Virus record (IMG/VR): IMGVR_UViG_3300045412_000261 | Location: 32,001 to 96,000 of that record | From: a virus | Reading direction: 5' to 3' (one strand) | DNA: 64,000 nucleotides | The notes under the pieces: model-generated | The model's database searches: none | The model's input: only the letters and a program-made list of their open reading frames with translations | Told to the model about the DNA's origin: nothing | Part shown: piece by piece, positions 19,026 to 27,617 of the stretch | Numbering within the stretch: position 1 is the stretch's first letter | Layout of the letters: each line of letters starts with the position of its first letter | Made by a program: the position numbers and the translations under genes

Positions 19026-19802
19026 TTAGAATAATCTTTCTGACATGTTTACTTTTTTTATTGCAAATGATTTTTCAATTGATGTTTTTCTTTCTACAAA
19101 TGCCGGCATAAGAGTAGCTAATACCCTTAATCTTGTAGATGCTTTTACAATTCTCTCTTGCTTTGATATATTAACAGTTGAAAACGAAAAATCTTCTATA
19201 TTGGTGACAAATTGATAATCATTACCCCAAACAAAATTATTGACCGGAATAAACATCTCGACTACTTTATTCAACTGCTCATTAAAATCTGTCCAAATAT
19301 TTAAATCATAATATACATAATAATATTCAGGTATAAGAGATACATATATTTCTTTTTTTGGTGATTCTAAATCACCTCTATTAGCAAAAGCATATCTATC
19401 TGCTGTTTGTGTATATCCCTGCCTATAATAAACTCTGCTAGAAACTCTGTTATTTACATCTAATTTAGCAAAATCCTTATATTCTTCCATTCTTACCCTA
19501 GATAATGTAATAACAGGGCATAGAAGTTTATTTTTTTCATCTCGCATAAAACCATTTGATTGAATTTGAGACCATAATTCTCCGCTTCCATACATCACAG
19601 GAACATCTATCATTCTGTCTCTGTCTTGAACTTCAGGTTTGATAGAATGTCTAATGTAATGAAGTATAGAATAATCTACATCATATATTGTAATTTCAGG
19701 AATTTTAATGTAATCATCATCCTGCCTATTTTGCTCCGCCCTATTTACTTGATTTCTATATAATTGCTTATATACAGTAGGATTTATCGTAGATTTAGCC
19801 AT
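19026..19802 (-). CDS. Tail completion / sheath stabiliser (gp15-like)
   Basis: VPVMYGSGELW, PVITLSR, YDLNIWTDFNEQLNKVVE; lies between the neck and sheath genes. Confidence 0.7.
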   Translation of the reverse strand: MAKSTINPTVYKQLYRNQVNRAEQNRQDDDYIKIPEITIYDVDYSILHYIRHSIKPEVQDRDRMIDVPVMYGSGELWSQIQSNGFMRDEKNKLLCPVITLSRVRMEEYKDFAKLDVNNRVSSRVYYRQGYTQTADRYAFANRGDLESPKKEIYVSLIPEYYYVYYDLNIWTDFNEQLNKVVEMFIPVNNFVWGNDYQFVTNIEDFSFSTVNISKQERIVKASTRLRVLATLMPAFVERKTSIEKSFAIKKVNMSERLF

Positions 19803-19803
19803 T

Positions 19804-20340
19804 TTAATATTTATTTAGTTCATCATACGCATCATTAATTCCAGACCTGTAATCAGTAGTTGTAAGATTTGTTTTCCTACTTAAATGTGCTTGTGCTATA
19901 ACAGATATATTATAACCAAACTCAGATTCTTCTCCTAATACGTGAGGTATATATGTTTCGGGATTTCTACCAAACCAAGCATTATCAGAGAATACATTAT
20001 TCAGTTCATAAAAATCCATATCAAAAAAAACATAATCTCCAGGTTCTATAACTAAATCTCGTTCTAATAAATCATCTCTCAAAAAATAAAATGTAGCGTC
20101 TCTTTCAAAATCTAATCCAAAATCAGTATCTATAGTTTCTTTTGTTCCTCTTTTTACTATGCAATTTAATCTAGTAGCGTTATAGAAAACTTTACTAGGG
20201 GCTTCTCTATATATGTTTTCTCTAGTATCCTCTCTAGATAATTTATAAAGTTCGACCTCTAAGGCCATTACTTTATTTACTCTTTCCCTATTTATACTCC
20301 TAACTAAAGAAGCGTCTCTACCACTACCAAATAGCGCCAT
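19804..20340 (-). CDS. Neck / head closure protein (gp14-like)
   Basis: NIYREA, FGLD..RDATFYF, PGDYV; synteny with gp13 and gp15. Confidence 0.65.
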   Translation of the reverse strand: MALFGSGRDASLVRSINRERVNKVMALEVELYKLSREDTRENIYREAPSKVFYNATRLNCIVKRGTKETIDTDFGLDFERDATFYFLRDDLLERDLVIEPGDYVFFDMDFYELNNVFSDNAWFGRNPETYIPHVLGEESEFGYNISVIAQAHLSRKTNLTTTDYRSGINDAYDELNKY

Positions 20341-21500
20341 TATCCTATGTATATTTTAAGTGGAATAACTCCTAAAAATTTCTCATGAGCTTCAGATTCT
20401 GCCATTTTTCTCTCTAATTGCGATTGACGACTAAATTGATCTAGCTCTATTCTAAGTACATCTATTAACTTTTGCTTTTCCTCATTTACCGAATACATTA
20501 AATCTTCGGTATTTAATACAATTTCGTCCTCTAATCCCGGAAGTGTCTTATATTTTCCTCTAACATAAGCTAACATTTCTTTTGATAAAACTAATGTGTA
20601 TTTTCTTATCCATTGTTTACCTATGTCATTTATACTCGAGTAAGGCAAGGTAAAATAAGGTATAGTAGCATGGCTATTTATTTTACCAGTGCCTCCCCTA
20701 TTTGCATTTTTATATTCTGAATCTAAAGTGTACTCAAACCAAATTTTATATTCTTTTGCAGGAGTTGGGAATATTCTAATTCTATTATTTATTATCTCAA
20801 AGCCATACGCTGATTTCCTTATCTGATCATTAAATTCTATGGCCTGCATTCTAAGAATGTCGTGATGTAAAGGCATTAATAAGAAATTCACTCCAGGGCT
20901 ATAATTACCGAATCCAAATTGATCTAGCAAATTTTGAGTACCTAAGCCTGTACCTACGAATGGATCAAAATATTTAACAATAGCAGGTGGAGCATTATGG
21001 AACATTTTTCTTATTACGAACTTGTCTGTAGCGGGATTCCCAGATTCTAATGATACTCTATTTGAATCTAATAAACTATAAACTTGTTTTCCTTCTTTTA
21101 CGAGTATAGAACCAGTATAAAAAGTTGTTTTACCTCCCACTCCGACTTCTGTTCCGTATTCAGAAGCTATTTCTAAAACTCCGGCTATTGAGTTGGTAAC
21201 TAACTCTTTTTCTAATCTAAGAGATCCGGTATTGAATCCCATTAAACCTAATATATTATCTTTTGCAGAATGAGCGTTGACTTGATTACTATATTCGGAA
21301 ATAGCCTCTTCGAAAGCAGTATAAAAATTGATATCTTGTAATTCGACATCAGTAAGCGGGTATCCCAATCTCCTAGCACACCATACAGCAACTTTAGGAG
21401 CATCTTTTTGAAAATTGGTATCTCTGTCAAATATTCCGAAAGGCGTAGATCCAGATACTGCGCTACCACTTCCAGGCCAAATAGGTATATGAACTGTCAT
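20340..21500 (-). CDS. Neck protein (gp13-like)
   Basis: RRLGYPLTDVEL, WIRKYTLVLSKEMLAYVRGKY, C-terminal PLKIYIG. Confidence 0.8.
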   Translation of the reverse strand: MTVHIPIWPGSGSAVSGSTPFGIFDRDTNFQKDAPKVAVWCARRLGYPLTDVELQDINFYTAFEEAISEYSNQVNAHSAKDNILGLMGFNTGSLRLEKELVTNSIAGVLEIASEYGTEVGVGGKTTFYTGSILVKEGKQVYSLLDSNRVSLESGNPATDKFVIRKMFHNAPPAIVKYFDPFVGTGLGTQNLLDQFGFGNYSPGVNFLLMPLHHDILRMQAIEFNDQIRKSAYGFEIINNRIRIFPTPAKEYKIWFEYTLDSEYKNANRGGTGKINSHATIPYFTLPYSSINDIGKQWIRKYTLVLSKEMLAYVRGKYKTLPGLEDEIVLNTEDLMYSVNEEKQKLIDVLRIELDQFSRQSQLERKMAESEAHEKFLGVIPLKIYIG

Positions 21501-21507
21501 CTGCTTT

Positions 21508-21519
21508 TTACAATAAATA
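21508..21519 (-). promoter_or_regulatory. TATTTATTGTAA motif, candidate late promoter
   Basis: One mismatch to the consensus; 7 nt upstream of the neck gene ATG. Confidence 0.5.
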
Positions 21520-21546
21520 GTATTAAATCAGTCTTTTATTGCAATT

Positions 21547-23829
21547 TTAATACACTTGTCTTATAAAGGATACTAGTACATATCTAACTCCGGATATCAC
21601 AGGTCTAGCTCCATGTCTATGTGTTATTTGTCCAGGATGGATTGTTAATTCACCTATTTCTCCTTTAACTAACTTCTTTTGTTTTGAGAACCAAGTACCT
21701 CCTCCTTCGTATGCATCGTTTAGCGTTAACACAGTAGAAAATGCAGAATCGTCATGGTGTAAAGATAAATGTCCTTGATTTTCCGGTGTGTATTTTATAA
21801 TAAAGTTTTCCGAACTAAATTTTTTCCATTTATCTCCAGTAAGTACAAAATTAGATTTTACGAGGGGATATATGTAAGTATTTAAAAACATGTCATAAGC
21901 ATCATGTAATTGAAATTCATTGATTAACATGTCATGCGTTGGATAATAATAATGTCTATCTTTTGTCCATTTTCCGCACTCTTCTGCTAATCTTATAACT
22001 TCATTGCAAAATTCTTTTTTAAATGCGTGTAAATGTAAGACATCAGGTATAGGTTCGTCTACAATTAAATCATATTCTTTATTCTTTAATGCAGGATTGA
22101 TGTACATTGAAGACCATTTGTCTATGTCTTTTATTAGATAGATATTAGATGCAAATGAATTATTAGATGTTTTACTTGTTTTGGAATTACTTGTTTGACT
22201 TACTATACATTCTTTTAGACTGTATGCATTTATGTCTTTCCATATAAAATTTAAATCATTTCTTTCATTGTTATTTGAATATGTAGATGCTAAGAAATCA
22301 TCTAATGGTAAGATGTATTTTTCAAAGTTCTGTTCTAATATTCTTTCTATACCTAATTTTGATAACATGTAGGCATGAGATAACCATGAGTATCCCGGGG
22401 ATGTGTATATGGAGTTTGGTATGTCTTTGTCCCCGCCTAATTTTTGCCTACCGAGATATAAAAGACCCCAATCATATAAATCAATTTTTTCCGCGGGGAA
22501 CTCTACATCTACTTTAAAATCATCCTCCAAAATTAAAATAGATCCATAATTTTTCTTTTTAGCATCTTTCCATATAGATAAATGAGATAAAGCACATCCA
22601 ATCTCCCCGGGTAGTATATTCCGGTTATAATATGAATTACTGTGATTATTTATTTTCCAATCCTTATATAAAGACCAATCAAAATCTACTTTAGGATTTC
22701 TACCATCTACGGCCTTAAACAAATGAAATTCACCTGGTATAATACCTAACTTATTAAATTCGGAGGTGTATTTACTAATAGCTTCATCAGATACGTCAAA
22801 AGTAATTACATAGACAGCATCTATCTTTAATTTATTTTCCATGACATTATTATTTATAAAATTTTTAGCAATATTTAAAGGATTAAAAGCATCATATACA
22901 TTTAATTTAGATGTATTAGGATTAGTAAGCATTCTAAAATTATCATTCGACAATACACATGACAACCATGAATCAAAATCAATATAATCAAATATAGTCT
23001 CTTTCAATCCCGCTCTTAATCTTGTTATAGGAATCAATCCCAACATCTGCATTTCTACAGCTGACACACAAAATGTTTCATCGTAATTCGAAGGATATAA
23101 CCAATATTTTTTATTACTAGCAAAAGATATCAAATCACTCTTTTTCATGCAACCATAATAATATACATTTTTATACGTTGTAGTAACATGAGAGAAATGA
23201 CTATTATAAAACTCTTCTCCGTATTTAGGTGTAAGGATATACAGACATGATTGAGGTCTGTGATATAAAATCTGCCTCCAATGTGTTAAAATTTCTCTTA
23301 ATCCTCTTTCTGCATGTGATATATAAATGTAAGAATCTTGAATTTTAAATTTATCCGACTTTTCTATATGTTTTACCGCATTATATAAAACAATAGATGG
23401 AATGTTGGGAAAATGATTATCAAATTCTTTTTTATGATAATTAGATACGCAAATAACACTTTTAAACTTAGGATGATTAAATACCCTATCTTGTAATTCT
23501 GGTATATTATTTCCTTTGTAAAAATTATAGAAAAAAGGATCTGTGTTATGTATCCAAAAATAAGACTCATCGTAGCTAGTATCTGATATTAAGTCGATAT
23601 AATGCGTGTAATTTAGAGAAATTAATATGTCTGCTTGTAAATTATAGTCTTTTGTGTAAATAACTCCATTTAAGGCGTTCTCACGAACGATATCCCCTGT
23701 TATGAATACAGTATGCCCTAGGGACGATAAAGCCTCGGAGAAGTAACGTAAAGCCCATTCAGTGCCGGCGAAGTCATCTCCGCTGGCGTTAAAATTTGAG
23801 TAGTATCCAATATAAAACTTAATTGTCAT
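21547..23829 (-). CDS. Tri-domain protein: GT4-like glycosyltransferase + GT25 (collagen galactosyltransferase-like) + PLOD-type 2OG-Fe(II) lysyl hydroxylase
   Basis: aa 1-325: GTEWAL..LGHTV, VICVSNYHK, YPSNYDETFCVSAVE. aa 330-555: AVDGR, GEIGCALSH..IWK, ILEDD, WGLLYLGR, YSWLSHAYMLS, LPLDDFL. aa 565-760: EPIPDV..FCNEVI, YPTHD, FIIKYTPENQGHLSLHHDDS, YEGGGTWF, HPGQITHRHG..GVRYVLVSFI. Confidence 0.88.
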   Translation of the reverse strand: MTIKFYIGYYSNFNASGDDFAGTEWALRYFSEALSSLGHTVFITGDIVRENALNGVIYTKDYNLQADILISLNYTHYIDLISDTSYDESYFWIHNTDPFFYNFYKGNNIPELQDRVFNHPKFKSVICVSNYHKKEFDNHFPNIPSIVLYNAVKHIEKSDKFKIQDSYIYISHAERGLREILTHWRQILYHRPQSCLYILTPKYGEEFYNSHFSHVTTTYKNVYYYGCMKKSDLISFASNKKYWLYPSNYDETFCVSAVEMQMLGLIPITRLRAGLKETIFDYIDFDSWLSCVLSNDNFRMLTNPNTSKLNVYDAFNPLNIAKNFINNNVMENKLKIDAVYVITFDVSDEAISKYTSEFNKLGIIPGEFHLFKAVDGRNPKVDFDWSLYKDWKINNHSNSYYNRNILPGEIGCALSHLSIWKDAKKKNYGSILILEDDFKVDVEFPAEKIDLYDWGLLYLGRQKLGGDKDIPNSIYTSPGYSWLSHAYMLSKLGIERILEQNFEKYILPLDDFLASTYSNNNERNDLNFIWKDINAYSLKECIVSQTSNSKTSKTSNNSFASNIYLIKDIDKWSSMYINPALKNKEYDLIVDEPIPDVLHLHAFKKEFCNEVIRLAEECGKWTKDRHYYYPTHDMLINEFQLHDAYDMFLNTYIYPLVKSNFVLTGDKWKKFSSENFIIKYTPENQGHLSLHHDDSAFSTVLTLNDAYEGGGTWFSKQKKLVKGEIGELTIHPGQITHRHGARPVISGVRYVLVSFIRQVY

Positions 23830-23836
23830 ATATACT

Positions 23837-24502
23837 TCAAAATGAATTAGGGTATAAATACTTGAATATATCGTCTAATGCTTCATGTCTATGGTTTGTA
23901 GAAAGAGTAACACAATTTACATACTTACTTTGATTTATTATAGGCACAAATTTAATTGCTGATTGATCTCTATTCCTTAAATCTATTTGATTCTCATCTC
24001 CTGTAAAAATCATAATTGTATTTTTACCTAGACGGCTTATACACATAGATAATTGTTCTTTGGTTAAATTTTGAAATTCATCTATAATACAAACAGCGTC
24101 ATCAAAAGTTCTACCTCTAAAGTGTGCTAAAGAGACTAATTCTACAGATTTATCAGAGTATAGCCTTTCCACAGCAGATTGTTTTGCATAGGCTTTAGAT
24201 ATATTGTCTTTAATAGGGACTATCCATGGTTCTAACTTCTCTTCAAAAGTTCCTGGTAGAAATCCCATTTCTTCCGTAGCTACCATAGGTCTTGTGATAA
24301 CTATTCTATTTATTTCTTTTCTAAAAAACTTATCTAATGCTATTTGAGTCGCTAACAATGTTTTTCCACTTCCTGGTTTTCCAAAAACAAAATTAACTGG
24401 ATGAGTTAAAATTTTTTCTTTTGCTTCTTTTTGATCGTTAGATAATTGAATGTCAAACTTTACCGGATTTTTAGGTACCCTCTTTTCTGTGTTTTCGGCC
24501 AT
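23837..24502 (-). CDS. phoH: PhoH-like ATPase
   Basis: GKPGSGKTLLA, RIVITRP, GFLPG, FRGRTFDDAVCIIDEFQN, GDENQIDL. Confidence 0.93.
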   Translation of the reverse strand: MAENTEKRVPKNPVKFDIQLSNDQKEAKEKILTHPVNFVFGKPGSGKTLLATQIALDKFFRKEINRIVITRPMVATEEMGFLPGTFEEKLEPWIVPIKDNISKAYAKQSAVERLYSDKSVELVSLAHFRGRTFDDAVCIIDEFQNLTKEQLSMCISRLGKNTIMIFTGDENQIDLRNRDQSAIKFVPIINQSKYVNCVTLSTNHRHEALDDIFKYLYPNSF

Positions 24503-24507
24503 TTAGT

Positions 24508-24519
24508 TTATAATAAATA
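24508..24519 (-). promoter_or_regulatory. TATTTATTATAA motif upstream of phoH and the GT/PLOD gene
   Basis: Exact copy of the motif, 5 nt upstream of the ATG at 24502. Confidence 0.55.
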
Positions 24520-24530
24520 CGTTTTATTAA

Positions 24531-24797
24531 TTAGTATTTGCTAATGTATTGACCGTCTTTTTTTACAGCCGGAGATCTTTTTAATTTAATGTAGGGATCA
24601 TCAATTGTTTTGTGAATATAAACATAATTAATATTCGATAAAAATTTTTCAAGTAATGCTTTTTCACTTGATAAAACATTTATTTTTTGATTTATGTAGA
24701 CCTCTTTGTCCGGATTTTCTATTAATGCTTTTTCTAAATCCTTGATTTTTTCATCAATTTTTTTTAAATCTTTAATTTTTCTGTTTACGTTAGTCAT
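24531..24797 (-). CDS. Small hypothetical protein
   Basis: 88-aa Lys-rich coiled-coil-like ORF. Confidence 0.45.
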   Translation of the reverse strand: MTNVNRKIKDLKKIDEKIKDLEKALIENPDKEVYINQKINVLSSEKALLEKFLSNINYVYIHKTIDDPYIKLKRSPAVKKDGQYISKY

Positions 24798-24842
24798 ATT
24801 TTTTATTTTTTAAAACATTTTAGATACGTAATAAGTTTAACG

Positions 24843-24876
24843 AAAATAAAAAAGCGGAGCTTTTTTGAAGCCCCGC
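24843..24876 (-). terminator. Rho-independent terminator after the major capsid gene
   Basis: Minus strand GCGGGGCTT-CAAAA-AAGCTCCGC followed by TTTTTTATTTT, about 30 nt past the capsid stop codon. Confidence 0.85.
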
Positions 24877-24907
24877 CATATACAAAATAATTATGATAAT
24901 TTATAGA

Positions 24908-26551
24908 TTACAGAGTATCTAATCCATGAACATAAATCTTTCCATAGTATTCAGGACGAACCATTTTCTTAGCATATCTTGTCATGATACCTTTTCTTGG
25001 AGTGAAGTTTTCTGGATCATATACTAGAGGAGTCATAATCAACGGAATGTATGGTGCGTAAACAGCTCCTGTTTCTAAAAATTGAGCGCCTCTATATCCC
25101 ATTAACAACAAGTTCTCTGTCATATATGGATTCTTATATACAGTAAATCTGCTATTTAACAAACCTACTTTTTGAACACCCATTGCAAATTTAGCCTGAT
25201 CACCATTAGTGTCAGCTGCATATCCAGGGATTGATTCTAAAATAGTTGCAATAGTCGGAGAAGTAACAATAAAGTTAGCACCTCCTCTCATGGTCAATCG
25301 GTGAATCTCATTGGATACTTTCTGCATTTTAGTTCCAATTGTTTGGAACCAAGTACCTTGGTTGTAGAATTGACCAGTTGTTGCAGCGTTAGTAAATGAA
25401 GATGAACCAGGATCATAGGCAAATCCAATTCTAGCAGACCACCTTTCTACCGTTTGAGCTTCTGATACTAACATATCTAAAATTTCCAAATCAATTTCCT
25501 GAGAAATATATTCAGAAAGCATAGATGTTAATTCAGCCTCGGCATCAATAGAGTGATATGCATTAAGGTCTTGCGCGAATTCTGGGGTCCATTTAGCTTT
25601 TAGCTTACGTGTTTTAGACGTAATAGCCTCAGAGCGCATTTCCAAATTGATTTCTGGAATTGGTAACTCTTGGTCGGCACCTCCCGCTTGTGTTTTACCT
25701 TCCTCAAAGTCACCTCTCGTAAGGTCAGTAGGTTGTTTGTGGTAATTTACTTTTACGTTAGAGATTGTAGTAGATCCAGAAACAATAAATACAATTCTGC
25801 TATTAGTCAAGTCATAAGACGTAAACTGCTGGAATGTGTCATTGATATTAGTTCCGGTTACAGTAAATGCTCTAACACCTAGTGGATCAAATCCTGAAAG
25901 TGAATCTGTAGAGATGTAAACTTTACGTAACTTCGTATTGCTCTTATAAGAAGCAGAGAAGTTAGTATCGTAATTTATATCAGAAGTCATATTTACAGAG
26001 CCAGTAAAGAATTTAGTGCTATTGATTCTGCTCAAACTTCCTGTAAAAGAAAGAGTAGAACTAGAATAATCATTAATAGAATAGCTAAATCTTCCTGCAC
26101 CATATAAACCTTGAGTACCTGCTGTACCTCCTTTATCAGCATCTGTGATACCAAATACAGAGTCTTTCTGAGAGTTCTTACCTTGATTTGCAAAGAAACC
26201 CGGTTGAGAAGTTCCATATTTAAAATCTAGAAAGAATACAAGTCCAGAAGGTAAATTCATTGGCTGAATACTAACAAAATCTTTAGCTGCAATTGAAGAA
26301 AATATTCTTCGTACTAAAGGTAATGCTACACCTGCCCATTCTTCTGAATTTGATGCAGTACCAGTTCTATTGGCTTCTGTTACGATTTGACGAGCTTGAT
26401 TTTCAAGGAGAACAGCTAAATGTGGCTTTTCTCTTTTTTCATCTAGCCCTTCAAGTAAGCCAGTGGGTTCCCACTTGGCTATGTATTTCATCGCTTCCGC
26501 CTTTTGTGTTCTGTTATAGTCATGAGGAAGCATGTGGTCTAAATTTTCCAT
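24908..26551 (-). CDS. Major capsid protein (T4 gp23-like)
   Basis: LLENQ, LPLVRR, VSIQPMNLPSGLVFFL, KTRKLKAKWTPEFAQDLNAYHSIDAEAEL, YAPYIPL, FTPRKGIMTRY. Confidence 0.97.
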   Translation of the reverse strand: MENLDHMLPHDYNRTQKAEAMKYIAKWEPTGLLEGLDEKREKPHLAVLLENQARQIVTEANRTGTASNSEEWAGVALPLVRRIFSSIAAKDFVSIQPMNLPSGLVFFLDFKYGTSQPGFFANQGKNSQKDSVFGITDADKGGTAGTQGLYGAGRFSYSINDYSSSTLSFTGSLSRINSTKFFTGSVNMTSDINYDTNFSASYKSNTKLRKVYISTDSLSGFDPLGVRAFTVTGTNINDTFQQFTSYDLTNSRIVFIVSGSTTISNVKVNYHKQPTDLTRGDFEEGKTQAGGADQELPIPEINLEMRSEAITSKTRKLKAKWTPEFAQDLNAYHSIDAEAELTSMLSEYISQEIDLEILDMLVSEAQTVERWSARIGFAYDPGSSSFTNAATTGQFYNQGTWFQTIGTKMQKVSNEIHRLTMRGGANFIVTSPTIATILESIPGYAADTNGDQAKFAMGVQKVGLLNSRFTVYKNPYMTENLLLMGYRGAQFLETGAVYAPYIPLIMTPLVYDPENFTPRKGIMTRYAKKMVRPEYYGKIYVHGLDTL

Positions 26552-26555
26552 ATTT

Positions 26556-27479
26556 TTACTTTATTATACCTGCAAGTTCTTGTAATCTTGCACGTAGATT
26601 GTTTGATTCGTTTACAATATTTGATTTAGTAGCAGCAGATGGAGCTGTGCTATTAGTTGGTTTTGAAGCAAAAGATTCAGTGATGTTCTTAGACTTTTTA
26701 CCTTTGTTTGCATCTACACCCTCATGTACCTTAGCATAAGTAGAATACAATAATTTAGCTTCTCTGATTGTGACTACACGCTCAAAGTTTTCTAAAATAT
26801 CTTTCTTCTGATTTTCTGATAAAGCATAGTTGCGGAAAAGTTTAGAAGTATAAAGTAGTTTAGAATTTAACAAGTTAACTTCTTGAAGCATTCCTTTGAG
26901 TTGATTGACAACTTCATAAGCCTCTTCTAGTTCTTTTTTTAATTCTGATACTTTTTCTTTATCATCATCATCTTCTTTTTCATCTTCTTCTTTATCCCCG
27001 ATAGCTTCAGAGAACATAGATTCCAAAGCTGTTAAAACTTCATTACGACTAAAATACTTAGGTCCTTGAGGATCTTCGGTATCGCTGTCATACTTGTCCA
27101 TTTTGTTGTCTCCAGATCCAATGTTAGAAGATTTTAACTCCTCCTCTAGTTCAGCTAGGATTTCTTCTAAACTAGCAGATTCATTTTTTTCATCTTCATC
27201 ATCATTTTCGTAAGCCTCATTTTTTTCTTCGTCATCATCATCATTTTCTTCAGCTTCCATATATGGCTTTTTGTTTTTGTCATCCATCTTTTTAGGAAAT
27301 GCCTCTTTCATTTCTTTTTTCCCTCTTTCTACTTCTTCTTCGTCGTCTTCATGCTTATTTTCAAGAAGCGGAGAAACTTTTGATAAAATTGACTCTTCAA
27401 GAGTTGCTTTTGCGTTTTGCATTGCTGTTTCTTTTATAGCTTTTGCATCGGCAATTGCAGATTTTAATAAATCGTTCAT
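26556..27479 (-). CDS. Prohead core / scaffold protein (gp22-like)
   Basis: Acidic coiled coil; AIADAKAIKETA..NAK, EVNLLNSKLLY, C-terminal RLQELAGI; immediately upstream of the capsid gene. Confidence 0.8.
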   Translation of the reverse strand: MNDLLKSAIADAKAIKETAMQNAKATLEESILSKVSPLLENKHEDDEEEVERGKKEMKEAFPKKMDDKNKKPYMEAEENDDDDEEKNEAYENDDEDEKNESASLEEILAELEEELKSSNIGSGDNKMDKYDSDTEDPQGPKYFSRNEVLTALESMFSEAIGDKEEDEKEDDDDKEKVSELKKELEEAYEVVNQLKGMLQEVNLLNSKLLYTSKLFRNYALSENQKKDILENFERVVTIREAKLLYSTYAKVHEGVDANKGKKSKNITESFASKPTNSTAPSAATKSNIVNESNNLRARLQELAGIIK

Positions 27480-27558
27480 GTTACTATTTTGATTGTAAGA
27501 TTATTGTTAATCTTAAATACATTTTTAATTATTTAATCTTATATTAAACAAGATATTA

Positions 27559-27571
27559 TTATCAATAAATA
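27559..27571 (-). promoter_or_regulatory. TATTTATTGATAA, variant of the candidate late promoter upstream of scaffold-capsid
   Basis: Lies in the 138-bp intergenic region, about 80 nt upstream of the ATG at 27479. Confidence 0.45.
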
Positions 27572-27617
27572 TTATACATTTTTCTTAAAATGCTATTTTT
27601 TAATAAATTTCTTACTT

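Noticed and set aside
6220-19802. Bacterial extracellular contractile injection system or tailocin
   Set aside because: Capsid, portal, protease, terminase and replication genes are all present, so this is a phage.
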